From a virus (Duplodnaviria; Caudoviricetes): a stretch of 64,000 nt of DNA. This document shows positions 38,694-49,254 of this stretch, piece by piece. Location of the stretch: the IMG/VR virus record IMGVR_UViG_2548876794_000003, positions 96,001 through 160,000 of that record; one strand, written 5' to 3'. Numbering within the stretch: the first letter of the stretch is position 1; every line of letters starts with the position of its first letter. The translations under genes and the position numbers were made by a program. The notes below the pieces were generated by a model. The model was not told where the DNA came from. It did not search any database and worked only from the letters and a program-made list of their open reading frames with translations.

Positions 38694-41534
38694 ATGCGAG
38701 GGAAAACAATTCGCGAGCGCTCATACAAAGAAGGGCGCTCAAATGGGGCGGTACTCGATAACGAAACGTTACGTGTTTTACAAACCGTCTCTACTTTAAA
38801 CGTTGACCGCACTGATCGAGAAGATGGTCCCGAACCAGTAATTGACCGCGGGCTGTACTTAGATGATGACGGTGGCGAGCTTCGCTACTACGACATCGCG
38901 AAAGATAAGTGGCTCAACGTATTCGGTGAGAAGTTCCAAATCACTGACCAGATGCTAACAGATTATCCAAGCGATAGCCCAGTGTTCGGTCAGCTTTGGT
39001 TAAATCAAGATGTGCTGTTTTACTACGACGGCAATGGATGGCGACCGGTTAAAACAATCTTAGAAGATAAGAGTGAATTAAACGTTAGTATCTTTGAGGA
39101 TTTCTTGATTCTGGACCCGATTAATCAAATCGGCAGCACAATTGAAGAAGATGAACAGTATGCTCAATTCCTTGTGCCGCGTGTAGACACTGGACGCTTT
39201 TATAGTTATGGCCATCTAAAAGAAGGCTATGACCGAGTGAACGCTGTGACAGTGCAATATGATAAGCGCCTTATCTCTGAAAACAATTCAACATGGGTGC
39301 ATGTCAACCCAGCGAAGCTACGCAATGTCGAAAAGAAATTATTCTTATTAGACAAGACTTCGCAGTTCATCAATCACACATCAAGTAATACAGAGTTCTA
39401 TGGGTTCCGTCGTGAAAGTTACGGCGGTTCACTATTGCGACCAACTGTAGATTACAAAGCGCAGCATCAAGGCATCCTGTTAAGTGATGTCGTTGCGTTG
39501 AAGTATGACTTCATCCTTGCTGTGCATTATTCATTCGGATGGATTCGTTCATCTGGTGAGCTTGAAGTACTAGATGAAAAGCTACGACATACCTTTGCAA
39601 CAACAGGGCTCACTGGTGGCGTCAACGTATTTGTTGAAGGCTACCAATTGGACCCAAAGCAATATACATATGATCCAGTGGACGACTACGTGGAAATTAC
39701 AGATCCAGAGATGGACGATGATTTAGAAGTAATGGTCATGTCGAATGTTGAACACATGGAATCCGGTGTCATTAAGGCACAGTACACACATAACCGCGCA
39801 ACAATCCGATTGCGCAAAAAATACACCAACCCATTAGTCTTTGTAAATGGTGAAGCACTTCACGCTGGTAGTGATTCTGCAGACCTTCAATACGATAGCT
39901 CAATTGACCGTATGTACATTACTGGTGCTCATGCGAACATGGAATACACTGTAATGGACCTTTATGTGCCATCAGAGATTAACGGTGTACCCGATGCAGA
40001 TTCATTTGTTAGCAGTGGTCATGTAAGTTTGTATTCAGATACACAACAAACATGGTACATTCCAATCCCAGACGTTCCAGAAGATGAACATGTCATGCTG
40101 TTCGTGGAAGGCAATGCCGTTACAAAAGAAGCGATTTATACATTCCATGACGAGAACGGTCAACGTTGTGTAGCTATTGATGGAGATGAAGGAGAATGCC
40201 TAGAGCAGATGCAACGTTACATCGTGCTGCTTGATACATTCCATGCGCTCTATAGCGAAGGCGATAACCGAGATGTCATCCGTACAAATAGCGCAGATGA
40301 AGCGTTAGTGTACGTAAATGGATTCCTTCAATTAGATCACCGCTTCATTACTAAATTGAACTTAGCAGAAGCAGAGAGAGAAGATAATCGCATTGTTAGC
40401 GCATTTGACGAGAATCTTAATACATATAATTACTATTCATATAGCACGTACTACAATGAGTGGCAGCTAATTAGCGATGAAGATGCCGCATACATCGAAC
40501 AACTGACGAATACATACACACAAGCCCCTCGTTCAATTCTGTTTAGAGAACGCATTGGGAATGATGCAGATGTACGTGTGTACGCATATAAATTAGCCAG
40601 TCGCATCAGTAACCCTTTAATCGTTGGTCGAATGGAAGGTAACGTTATTCCAGATGAAAGCGAGAATAAGACGTATGATGAACTGCTAGATTGGTATGGG
40701 CAAGATACGTTTTACTTAAAAAATGTAACGTACGTACCGGGGCGTAATTCATTACAGGTGTTCGTTGATGGTGTACGCCAATACGACGTCGAAGAAATGA
40801 AACTAGGTAATGGCTTCAAATTGCCTTATCCAGTAATCGGCATTGTTTCATACATTATTGAGAAGCCCGACGAAGGAGAAGTACGCAGCTGCGAACGTGA
40901 AGTATTAGATGCAAGTGATGCTATCGACAATGGGCGCAATATCTACCGCACGAAAGAGTCCCTCTATCCTGGTTCTTTAACAGTATATGTTTCTGGTATT
41001 CGCCAGCCAAAAGAGAGTTACACAATTCTCGATGCGCATACCATTATGTTTAAAGATGCCACGCGTAAATTAATCGGCTCTACCGATACGTTCCCAACGC
41101 TATCAACGATTGATTACAACGACGAAGCGGTGGATGTGCCGATGATGAATGATGACCGTATCTTAATCGAGCGTCGTAATTTACTTTCACGCAATGAAGA
41201 TAGTTTCGTTTTCACATCATTTGCAGATGGCGTATCAATTGACCTTGACGAGCGCGGAATCAATCACGACATAGTAGATACCAAGGACCATATGTTGTTC
41301 TTCCTAGATGGCAGGTTCCTCGGCTTACGCTGGAACAATGAGGAGTATGAGCTTGTACCGACGCAACGTAAGATTCTGATTCACGACAAATTGTATGAAG
41401 CGCATTTAGAAACCAATCCATTATATACATTGGTAGCAAGTGATCCTGTATTAGCTGAACAATACGAACGTTTATTTAACAAGTCCATTGAGGACATTAC
41501 AAAAGACCATCTATTAACAATCGAGTGGAGGTAA
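38694..41534 (+). CDS. Putative virion or fibre protein with tandem beta-sandwich repeats
   Basis: At least seven hydrophobic-(F/Y)-x-(N/D/E/S)-G modules and N-terminal GQLW..YYDGNGW knob motifs. Confidence 0.5.
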   Translation: MRGKTIRERSYKEGRSNGAVLDNETLRVLQTVSTLNVDRTDREDGPEPVIDRGLYLDDDGGELRYYDIAKDKWLNVFGEKFQITDQMLTDYPSDSPVFGQLWLNQDVLFYYDGNGWRPVKTILEDKSELNVSIFEDFLILDPINQIGSTIEEDEQYAQFLVPRVDTGRFYSYGHLKEGYDRVNAVTVQYDKRLISENNSTWVHVNPAKLRNVEKKLFLLDKTSQFINHTSSNTEFYGFRRESYGGSLLRPTVDYKAQHQGILLSDVVALKYDFILAVHYSFGWIRSSGELEVLDEKLRHTFATTGLTGGVNVFVEGYQLDPKQYTYDPVDDYVEITDPEMDDDLEVMVMSNVEHMESGVIKAQYTHNRATIRLRKKYTNPLVFVNGEALHAGSDSADLQYDSSIDRMYITGAHANMEYTVMDLYVPSEINGVPDADSFVSSGHVSLYSDTQQTWYIPIPDVPEDEHVMLFVEGNAVTKEAIYTFHDENGQRCVAIDGDEGECLEQMQRYIVLLDTFHALYSEGDNRDVIRTNSADEALVYVNGFLQLDHRFITKLNLAEAEREDNRIVSAFDENLNTYNYYSYSTYYNEWQLISDEDAAYIEQLTNTYTQAPRSILFRERIGNDADVRVYAYKLASRISNPLIVGRMEGNVIPDESENKTYDELLDWYGQDTFYLKNVTYVPGRNSLQVFVDGVRQYDVEEMKLGNGFKLPYPVIGIVSYIIEKPDEGEVRSCEREVLDASDAIDNGRNIYRTKESLYPGSLTVYVSGIRQPKESYTILDAHTIMFKDATRKLIGSTDTFPTLSTIDYNDEAVDVPMMNDDRILIERRNLLSRNEDSFVFTSFADGVSIDLDERGINHDIVDTKDHMLFFLDGRFLGLRWNNEEYELVPTQRKILIHDKLYEAHLETNPLYTLVASDPVLAEQYERLFNKSIEDITKDHLLTIEWR

Positions 41535-41539
41535 CACAC

Positions 41540-43591
41540 ATGACAAAAACAGCACATGATTTAACACAGCTATCTTTAAGCCTTCTTCCATTAGAGGACT
41601 TACAAGCGTATCTGCAATTAAAGCAAGGCTTTGTAGCAGGGGACGAATCAGCCTATGACACATTACACGTTGCAGGCATTCCCTCTGGCAACATCGCCAT
41701 TTCAATCGAAGGCGACCGTCACACTGTCAGTAATAGTTTGAAATTGGGCGACCGAGAAGCAAGCGAATACCTAACAGTAGATGATGGCGGTAAGATTATC
41801 ACTTCATTTGAAAAGATTCGCTCAACGTACACAAAAGAAATGACGGACATCCGAGACGAGTTCTATCAATTAAAATCTGACCTAACTCGCCAGGGCATTG
41901 TTGCTAACGTCGATAGCTACAAAGGCTTCCACGACACATTCAACAAGCATGATGTTATTTACAATCAAGATCCTGTGTGCGAAATTGAAGCGTTCCTGTC
42001 AACTAGCAAAATTCGTACGACTCAAGATTTATCAAATGACGTATTCATCGGAGATTATTTAGTCATTAAAAATGTAGCGGAGAATATTGATGGTGGACAC
42101 GTATGCCGCGTAACCGATGTGGAAAATGAAACATTCACCTTCATGCCTTCATACCCTGGCGATACAGACATTTCAAATGTTGAAGTAGTGAAGTCGTTAG
42201 GTACTTATTACAAAGGTTCATTTGCTTTCGCATCTAAAGATGAAAACGTTCCAAGCAATGAGGTAAACCACTCAACAGTCGATGACGACCAGTACGTGAA
42301 GAACATGAATATCGTAGGTAACGGAACGGGCGTAGCGTATTCGTTTAAATTAGGCATGCAAGCGTTCAGCGGTGTCGAAGATAAAACTGCCGGTTACTTA
42401 TGCGATTTAAAATTGCGTGGAACAGTAGTGAATGAAGCGAAGCTAGATGAATCGCAAACCTTAACAGCTTATGTGATTCATGAGCGTGATCGTGCGAACT
42501 TTAAAAACGTAGAACAAGCACAAGAAGATAACTTAATCGTTGCGCAATCTCAGCCACTTGTTGTCAGCTCTCGACGCAATAGTCACGTATTCCCATTCAC
42601 TTTCCGCGATGGCGACCAATATCCTGTTGTTCGTTCACACGATGATAACTTGATTCCTGTCCGTTACTGCTTAGTCGTAGTAACAGAGAATCCAAACGGT
42701 AAAGATTTCCCAACAGAATGCGCCATTGCATTCAATACATTGTATCGTCAAGAGGGCGCTGTTGAAGCAGACCTACAAACGAACAATTCAATGTACCGCT
42801 TCCATGAGGTTGCATACAACTCGAATGACAGCTCAACGACAATCGACATCGACTTCCAAGGTAAAGAGCTTTACTATTCATTTGGTACACGAGAGATTGT
42901 AGAAAACACAATCGTTCCATTCCAAAATGGATTGTACACTGTTAGTCGTAAGCTACCGGATTGCATGAAAGCTTCATATGCTCGTGTAACATTACGTGTT
43001 CACCGAGAAGGTATGTTTGAAGTGTCTGCTGCAGAAGCCGACACGCACATTAAAGCTGGCGACTTATTCGCTATTGCAAAAGAGCAAGGTGCTGGCGGAA
43101 GTTACGACCTGTACTCAACAAACGGCATTGGATTGAACGCCGTCAATAGTGGCCATGTTATTGTTGGCGGTAAATTGATTAAAGGCGTAGCGAACGGTAT
43201 TGACCAAGTAGTTGCAGAAAGTGCTGTTGAAATTGAATCACGAGCAGATGTATTGAACATCGACAACTACGTGGTGCGATTAGTGGCAATTAAGCATACA
43301 TTCAATGAAGATACCGCTACGTACGAAACTGAAAAACGTGTAGCTGCAGAGTTGGCGCCTAGCTGTGTTGTGCGTGACCGTATTCGTAAAGATGATACAG
43401 TATCGGACCGCATTATCTTTGAGGGTGTATTTGAAGATGAAGATGGTGAACCAATTTTATTCGATGAATATGAATTGCAAATTGCATGGAAATCTCCGTA
43501 TTCATCGAACGTCCTATTGGATGAAGAATCTAAAGAGCATTTATACGGTGCGATTTCTCACATCAACCTAACACTGGATGCAACAATTTAA
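41540..43591 (+). CDS. Putative virion structural protein
   Basis: GGAGG RBS favours ATG 41540; 683 aa, followed by a terminator. Confidence 0.5.
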   Translation: MTKTAHDLTQLSLSLLPLEDLQAYLQLKQGFVAGDESAYDTLHVAGIPSGNIAISIEGDRHTVSNSLKLGDREASEYLTVDDGGKIITSFEKIRSTYTKEMTDIRDEFYQLKSDLTRQGIVANVDSYKGFHDTFNKHDVIYNQDPVCEIEAFLSTSKIRTTQDLSNDVFIGDYLVIKNVAENIDGGHVCRVTDVENETFTFMPSYPGDTDISNVEVVKSLGTYYKGSFAFASKDENVPSNEVNHSTVDDDQYVKNMNIVGNGTGVAYSFKLGMQAFSGVEDKTAGYLCDLKLRGTVVNEAKLDESQTLTAYVIHERDRANFKNVEQAQEDNLIVAQSQPLVVSSRRNSHVFPFTFRDGDQYPVVRSHDDNLIPVRYCLVVVTENPNGKDFPTECAIAFNTLYRQEGAVEADLQTNNSMYRFHEVAYNSNDSSTTIDIDFQGKELYYSFGTREIVENTIVPFQNGLYTVSRKLPDCMKASYARVTLRVHREGMFEVSAAEADTHIKAGDLFAIAKEQGAGGSYDLYSTNGIGLNAVNSGHVIVGGKLIKGVANGIDQVVAESAVEIESRADVLNIDNYVVRLVAIKHTFNEDTATYETEKRVAAELAPSCVVRDRIRKDDTVSDRIIFEGVFEDEDGEPILFDEYELQIAWKSPYSSNVLLDEESKEHLYGAISHINLTLDATI

Positions 43592-43610
43592 AACATACAT
43601 ACACTGAACG

Positions 43611-43640
43611 AGGGGGCCTCTACTATGGGGTCCCCTTTTA
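43611..43640 (+). terminator. Intrinsic terminator
   Basis: AGGGGGCCTC-TACTAT-GGGGTCCCCT followed by TTTA. Confidence 0.75.
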
Positions 43641-43683
43641 TGTTAAAATGTCCTCAGTCTTTTGAGACAAGGGAGGAATACAC

Positions 43684-44430
43684 ATGCTGAATACAGCAAA
43701 AAACTACGCATCGGCTATTGCCATGCTTCGAGAAAGGAGCCAGCCAACGCTTACTGAGCAAACAAATTTATTGGACGCTAAAGCATTTAACGACACGTTT
43801 GCGTCATTCGAAAGCTCACTGAATAGCATTTACCAAAAGACACGCATTGCATTTGAACTGAATGAATATATTGAGACATTTGCCAATGAAAAGATTAAAG
43901 GATATAGCAATCGAATGGACAATGTAGAACGTTCAATTAACAATGTTTTAGATGTTATGCGACAAACTCCTTCTATTTATATTGAAGATACTTTTCTTCA
44001 AAAAGATACGACAGTTGTTTATCGTGATCGTGATGGTTCAATCATGAGCAATTGTACAGTAGAAAAAAGTGGGCTAGTCCCTTATACATCTACTGCGACA
44101 GGCGGGCAATACGGCATTGTTTATAGTAATCGTGGAGAAATTCTGATTGATGTGACAGAATACAAAAAAGGCAAAGGAATTCAATTGATTATCGAAGAGT
44201 CTTCTCGACTAAATGGTCGTGTGGCTTCTACCTTTATATTTGAACCAGATGCGCCATTTAAAGCGAACCGCATTTCATTTAAAGAGATGAATGGTGAAGT
44301 TATCGCCATCTCCGTATTCAACGACTACAATGTTGAAACAGAAGTGGCAGATGTTAATAGCGGGCTGTTCCTTGAACAAGAAATACATAAAATTAAATTC
44401 ACAGTCGCAACAACGGAAGAGGTGGTATAG
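43684..44430 (+). CDS. Hypothetical, probable virion protein
   Basis: GGGAGG RBS; helical N-terminus and beta C-terminus; first gene of a translationally coupled cluster. Confidence 0.5.
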   Translation: MLNTAKNYASAIAMLRERSQPTLTEQTNLLDAKAFNDTFASFESSLNSIYQKTRIAFELNEYIETFANEKIKGYSNRMDNVERSINNVLDVMRQTPSIYIEDTFLQKDTTVVYRDRDGSIMSNCTVEKSGLVPYTSTATGGQYGIVYSNRGEILIDVTEYKKGKGIQLIIEESSRLNGRVASTFIFEPDAPFKANRISFKEMNGEVIAISVFNDYNVETEVADVNSGLFLEQEIHKIKFTVATTEEVV

Positions 44431-45305
44431 TGCCAATCATTTATTCAAATGCGAAAGCAATTTTATCCGATGTGTTTACCATCAACGTTGATTACCTGGA
44501 GGACGCAAGCATCATTGATGAAGTCTATAACGTACGGCTCCAGAATGACAACGTATTGATTACGGAGTTCAAAGGCGGCATCACAAGGAAAATCCTAAAA
44601 GTCGATGATGAATTTGAAGAGGGATACATGCTATTTAGAATCGGTACTCTAGGCGATCCAGTAAAAGCGTTAGGTACAGAAGTTCAAATTGGCGAGATTG
44701 AAATTCGCTCAAATACAATGTATGTGTTCGTTGCGAACTATGCAGAGCCCGAAAACGAAGAAATGATTGCACTAGCAGAGCAAGATTATTTTCACTTTGG
44801 TATAAGCGACATTACGCTATCGAAGGAAGTAGCCGAACATAGTGCTTGTTTCATTTCACGACAAATGAAAATCAATGGTGATTATCTATCACTAGACCTT
44901 ACATATTACGGTGGCAGCTCGACATCCGTTGAAGCCAGCATACTTATCGGTGGGAAAGAGTTTCCTATCATGCCAAAAGGCGATACATATATTAGAAATG
45001 AAAAGATATTTTATGGGATGCCAACACGATTCCCAGTAGATGAAACAAAAGGCATGACTGTTTACTACAAAGGTGAAATGGTGTCGAAAACATTTGAAGA
45101 AGCACAGGCTGATTCACTAGAAGGCTACTCGGTCAGTTATTATCCAGTTGATATTGATGACGCTAAAACACTTTATGTGCGAGATCAATCGTACGTTGTT
45201 CCAAAGTATGTACTACGCAACCTGTCTGATACAAAACACGACATGGCTAGAATCAATCGCGCGATGCTGGTTGTCGATGGAGAGAGGAGCAATCTAAATG
45301 GATAA
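44430..45305 (+). CDS. Hypothetical, probable virion protein
   Basis: TAGTG stop-start overlap with GAGGTG RBS. Confidence 0.5.
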   Translation: MPIIYSNAKAILSDVFTINVDYLEDASIIDEVYNVRLQNDNVLITEFKGGITRKILKVDDEFEEGYMLFRIGTLGDPVKALGTEVQIGEIEIRSNTMYVFVANYAEPENEEMIALAEQDYFHFGISDITLSKEVAEHSACFISRQMKINGDYLSLDLTYYGGSSTSVEASILIGGKEFPIMPKGDTYIRNEKIFYGMPTRFPVDETKGMTVYYKGEMVSKTFEEAQADSLEGYSVSYYPVDIDDAKTLYVRDQSYVVPKYVLRNLSDTKHDMARINRAMLVVDGERSNLNG

Positions 45306-46239
45306 AGCTACGATTATCAAAGAGCACAACAAATCTGTCAGAAGCGTTCCAGACGCAGATTTGATTTTTGAAATTAATGACGACAAACTAACCGCCCCTG
45401 CATTGCGTGTAATGCCGCATCCAGAATGGGTCCCTGAAATTAATACAATCAACTCTATACATAACACTCTAGGAAAATCTATTGATTATGCTGATGAAAC
45501 GTTTGTAGCGATTGCTACAGACTTCGAAGAAATCGTTGGCACAGTAAATACATACGGTAATTTAATCGAAACAAACATACGCACAGAGGAAACCATCGCT
45601 GCTGATTTGAACTACATCAACGGAAACTTCACTGGCGCAATCGTTGAAAATCTAACAGTAGACGATTTCGAAGGGGAATTCACTGAGCTAAACGGCGTAT
45701 TTTATCCACCAGTTTCAGATAACGAAGAAGTAGCGCTCGCTATTGAGAGCATCACAGGCAATGGGTACGAAGGTAATCAATATGCACTGGCAAATGAAAC
45801 GACATTCTTACAGGACCTAGTTTCAACCGACCGAGAAAACATGATTGATAACGACATCACATCGTACTTTGAATACTCACGCATCCACTCGCCAAACGAC
45901 GGAAAGACTCGTCCGATTGAATTTAAGAATTTCTATGAGGATTTATCTTGCACCGTTGTGCTATCATCACGAAAAATATTCGACCAGTTAATCATTGATT
46001 CTGATACGAAAACGTTGCAAATTGCGTTCGTCGAAACAAGCACTGACGGTACAAACTGGATTACTGAGCTAGTGACAGAAGAAGAATTTAATAACGTACG
46101 AGCATCATATCGAGATGCAGCAGTCGCATACGGTACAGGGATTATAGATATTACACCTTCTACTTATGTGCGCATTGGATTTAAAAACAATACATATGAT
46201 TCACATATCTTAGGCTATGAAGAAGAGGTGGCAGGATGA
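45298..46239 (+). CDS. Hypothetical, probable virion protein
   Basis: GAGGAG RBS; discoidin-like C-terminal pattern (MIDNDITSYF..VETSTDGTNW..TYVRI). Confidence 0.45.
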   Translation: MDKATIIKEHNKSVRSVPDADLIFEINDDKLTAPALRVMPHPEWVPEINTINSIHNTLGKSIDYADETFVAIATDFEEIVGTVNTYGNLIETNIRTEETIAADLNYINGNFTGAIVENLTVDDFEGEFTELNGVFYPPVSDNEEVALAIESITGNGYEGNQYALANETTFLQDLVSTDRENMIDNDITSYFEYSRIHSPNDGKTRPIEFKNFYEDLSCTVVLSSRKIFDQLIIDSDTKTLQIAFVETSTDGTNWITELVTEEEFNNVRASYRDAAVAYGTGIIDITPSTYVRIGFKNNTYDSHILGYEEEVAG

Positions 46240-46712
46240 CAACGATGAAAGAAAAATCGTATGCAAGTGCATTCATAAAGAATGGCAGCCGCTTCCGACG
46301 CGATTATCAATCGAAACGACACAGTGTAAAACTTAATAACATTGTTGCTTCAAAACATACATATGAAAAAAGCATGTCGATGCAAAGCCGCGAGCTAATC
46401 GACAAAGGTGCAAAAATTAAAATGATTGCGGTCTACGCAAATAAAATTAATGATGCGCAAAACGAAAAAGCCTCACTTACATACACGCTAATTATTAACG
46501 GAAGCATTACACAAAAAATTGTACCAATCAATGTAGCTGCGACAAATGATGAAATTAAGTTCATTCGCAGAAAAGATGGTACAGAACAGATTGATAATAC
46601 GTTGTTGATTGATGATTATATCTCTAGCGCTGTACTTGTAATCGAGGGACGATACGACGAAACCGTTGCAATAGCAAATATCAAAGTAATCAAAGAAGGA
46701 GTGGATGCGTAA
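46236..46712 (+). CDS. Hypothetical protein
   Basis: ATGA overlap with the upstream stop, GAGGTG RBS. Confidence 0.5.
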   Translation: MTTMKEKSYASAFIKNGSRFRRDYQSKRHSVKLNNIVASKHTYEKSMSMQSRELIDKGAKIKMIAVYANKINDAQNEKASLTYTLIINGSITQKIVPINVAATNDEIKFIRRKDGTEQIDNTLLIDDYISSAVLVIEGRYDETVAIANIKVIKEGVDA

Positions 46713-47887
46713 TGTTTAGCGACTATATTAAAAAGCTCTACTTCTACCGACAACAAGTTATCGAGCAATTGGTCTACTACGGTATTCCATTGAACACAGG
46801 GAATATTGAGAAGCGGTTGGCGAACATTGATGCATCTATCGCTATTTACACACACACAAACATCCAGAACGATATGACATTCGATGCGGAGGATTACGCA
46901 AAGCGATTGCGAGAAATCATGAAAGACTTAGAAATCATCTATGAAATTATCTACGATGAAATCCTGAGCAACTTAGACCAAACGAAACGTCGCGTAAAAG
47001 CAAGCATGCGAGATATTCTGATTCGTTCAGAAAGAACACTATTAAAGGCAAAAATAGAAGCAGGGACAGCATTAGATGGGAAGAACGTTGTCAGCATAAC
47101 GAAGGACTTCGATCTATACCAAACGAATGAATACTTGAATGTAGACATCGGAGCCTTTGATGTGCCAGGAGGAACCCGACTAGCATTGTTTGTTGAGAGT
47201 GACGAAACGAATAATGAGGACATTCAGCTCACACTGGTACATGATGGCATCACTACGATTATGTCACCATATGAATCCAACAATCACAACCTTCTACAAG
47301 TAGGAGCTAGTACGTCGACTTCCTATACTTGCTTAGTTGATGAAGGTCTGCAAGTAGAGAACGTTGCTTATTTGCGATACGAGTCAAATCTAGACGATGC
47401 GCATAAGTACGAAGTGTTCTCACAACAAAACAAATTTCGTATGATGCATCAAGACGGTACTGTTAGTTATGTAGATATTACGAAGGACTTCGATGAAGTC
47501 GTGGGATCGCATGTGAAAATATATGTGAAGGATGCGACATTTATTCGCGCATACTTCGCCAATGAGCCATCAAATAAAAACTTCATCGGAAACTCGATAG
47601 ATAATCCAAAGGCTTTAGAGGTACTAGAGTTTTCTTATGCAGAGGATGCGGTCAACGTATCAAAGTCTTTCCATATTGAAACAGATGGCAAATTGTTCGG
47701 TCAACAGCAAGAGGGGCTCGTAGATGAAACAGGCTTATATGTTGCAGATGCCCAAGGAGAATATGAGTATTATGTTGTTGAGACATCTTCTGGTGCATCC
47801 AGCGCTTGTGAAGGGCTTCTAAAAATCAAAGACGGTAACGCTTCAAAACTAAAAGGCGTATTTATTCGTGCGATAGGGGTGAATTAA
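46712..47887 (+). CDS. Hypothetical, probable virion protein
   Basis: TAATG overlap, AAGGAG RBS, 391 aa. Confidence 0.5.
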   Translation: MFSDYIKKLYFYRQQVIEQLVYYGIPLNTGNIEKRLANIDASIAIYTHTNIQNDMTFDAEDYAKRLREIMKDLEIIYEIIYDEILSNLDQTKRRVKASMRDILIRSERTLLKAKIEAGTALDGKNVVSITKDFDLYQTNEYLNVDIGAFDVPGGTRLALFVESDETNNEDIQLTLVHDGITTIMSPYESNNHNLLQVGASTSTSYTCLVDEGLQVENVAYLRYESNLDDAHKYEVFSQQNKFRMMHQDGTVSYVDITKDFDEVVGSHVKIYVKDATFIRAYFANEPSNKNFIGNSIDNPKALEVLEFSYAEDAVNVSKSFHIETDGKLFGQQQEGLVDETGLYVADAQGEYEYYVVETSSGASSACEGLLKIKDGNASKLKGVFIRAIGVN

Positions 47888-48115
47888 ATGCGACGACATC
47901 ATTTCCCGTATCGACGTAATTTTGAATACGACCGACATACAATCTTCCTATTAGAGCTAGTGAACAGCTTAACTCGTTCATTAGATAATGACGACACAGA
48001 CAATATTAAACAAGTGATGAAAGAATGCGACGAAGTTATCGCAAGTACGAAAGCGCTTATGTGTTCAGACTTACAAACAAACGTTATTCGAAAAAAAATG
48101 AAAGGAGCTTATTAA
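47888..48115 (+). CDS. Hypothetical protein
   Basis: GGGGTG RBS, abuts both neighbours. Confidence 0.5.
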   Translation: MRRHHFPYRRNFEYDRHTIFLLELVNSLTRSLDNDDTDNIKQVMKECDEVIASTKALMCSDLQTNVIRKKMKGAY

Positions 48116-48116
48116 A

Positions 48117-49145
48117 ATGATTGAAAAAGCAAGTTCGATTGATTTAAATAATTTCGCAAAAGAAGCTACGAATAAAATGAATGCTATGCACGACATGGCT
48201 ATTAAGAAGATAAAGCAAGCAGAGAAGTACCGACGAATCGGCAATGCAATACAGGAGGCAATGAGCTTTAACTTAAACAGCGCCAGCTTAGGTAATTACA
48301 ATAAGTCAATGGTGCTCGATGATGCAGTTGATGGCACATACGATACATACGGAAACTATATTCATCCAGTGAGTGCGACAGGTCAGCCGCGTAACTTATT
48401 GAATGTACTATCTAGCGGTCGCAAAGAAGTTATCTTTAGAGATAATGTTATCTGTACATTAAATGGCGTAACGAATCGTGATGTACAGGCTGCACTTTAC
48501 CACGAAGATCATGCAGAGAAAGATTACTACTTTGATTTCTTCGATGAAGATACAGTCGAGTTAAAAGTAAAAGTCAATGACGAGAACTACGTGGCATTAA
48601 TGGATATTGATATGATTGAGATTGCCCCGACAATTGGCAGCACATTCCGTTTAGAGAAGATGGTGTTAAAAGATTACTACACAAACGAAGTTGTAGAGAT
48701 TGATTCCGCATTAATCAATGCTGGGCCAACCCGCTACTTATTGGATAAGAAGGTGAGCCTTAGTGAAGTGACATTTACTTTTAAACTCCATTACAAGGAC
48801 AGCAATGGTAAATACCCGTTCGGTTTGAATCACATTTACTTCCTTGACTTCAATGCAGACACTCGATCAAATGCAGTAATCGCGTTTAAGCACACAGACT
48901 TCATTGATTCGATTAGTGAAAAGGTTTATCTGCAAACCCCAACAGAAGTTGTAGAGACTACATTGACTGACATTGGCGCGAAGCTGTACTTGAATTATAG
49001 CAACGGTATATTTGACTATGAGATTGAAACGAGCATCAACGACGACCGTCATTATCTGTCCGTTAATACACGTACAATTTATATTAGCCTACCAATTAAA
49101 AATGCTTACGCAAGTTTGCAGTTCGATGAAATCCTAACAAAATAA
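48117..49145 (+). CDS. Hypothetical, probable virion protein
   Basis: AAGGAG RBS, 342 aa, last gene before the module boundary. Confidence 0.5.
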   Translation: MIEKASSIDLNNFAKEATNKMNAMHDMAIKKIKQAEKYRRIGNAIQEAMSFNLNSASLGNYNKSMVLDDAVDGTYDTYGNYIHPVSATGQPRNLLNVLSSGRKEVIFRDNVICTLNGVTNRDVQAALYHEDHAEKDYYFDFFDEDTVELKVKVNDENYVALMDIDMIEIAPTIGSTFRLEKMVLKDYYTNEVVEIDSALINAGPTRYLLDKKVSLSEVTFTFKLHYKDSNGKYPFGLNHIYFLDFNADTRSNAVIAFKHTDFIDSISEKVYLQTPTEVVETTLTDIGAKLYLNYSNGIFDYEIETSINDDRHYLSVNTRTIYISLPIKNAYASLQFDEILTK

Positions 49146-49153
49146 CTCAAATA

Positions 49154-49206
49154 AAAAAGTCGAGAAGTTCTGAAAAAAGTTGTGAACTGTTCTTGACTTT
49201 TTATTT
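49154..49206 (+). terminator. Terminator-like hairpin at the structural/replication module boundary
   Basis: AAAAAGTCGAGAA (49154-49166) pairs with TTCTTGACTTTTT (49190-49202), T-rich tail. Confidence 0.5.
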
Positions 49207-49222
49207 ATTATAGTAATATAAT
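49193..49222 (+). promoter_or_regulatory. SigmaA-type promoter of the primase/helicase operon
   Basis: TTGACT-N18-TATAAT, upstream of an AGGAGG RBS and ATG 49255. Confidence 0.7.
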
Positions 49223-49254
49223 AATAGTACAAAAGACGCAGGAGGTTATACCTA

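Noticed and set aside
49184-49192. GAACTGTTC as a LexA (Cheo) box
   Set aside because: The Bacillota consensus needs GAAC-N4-GTTC; the spacing here is wrong
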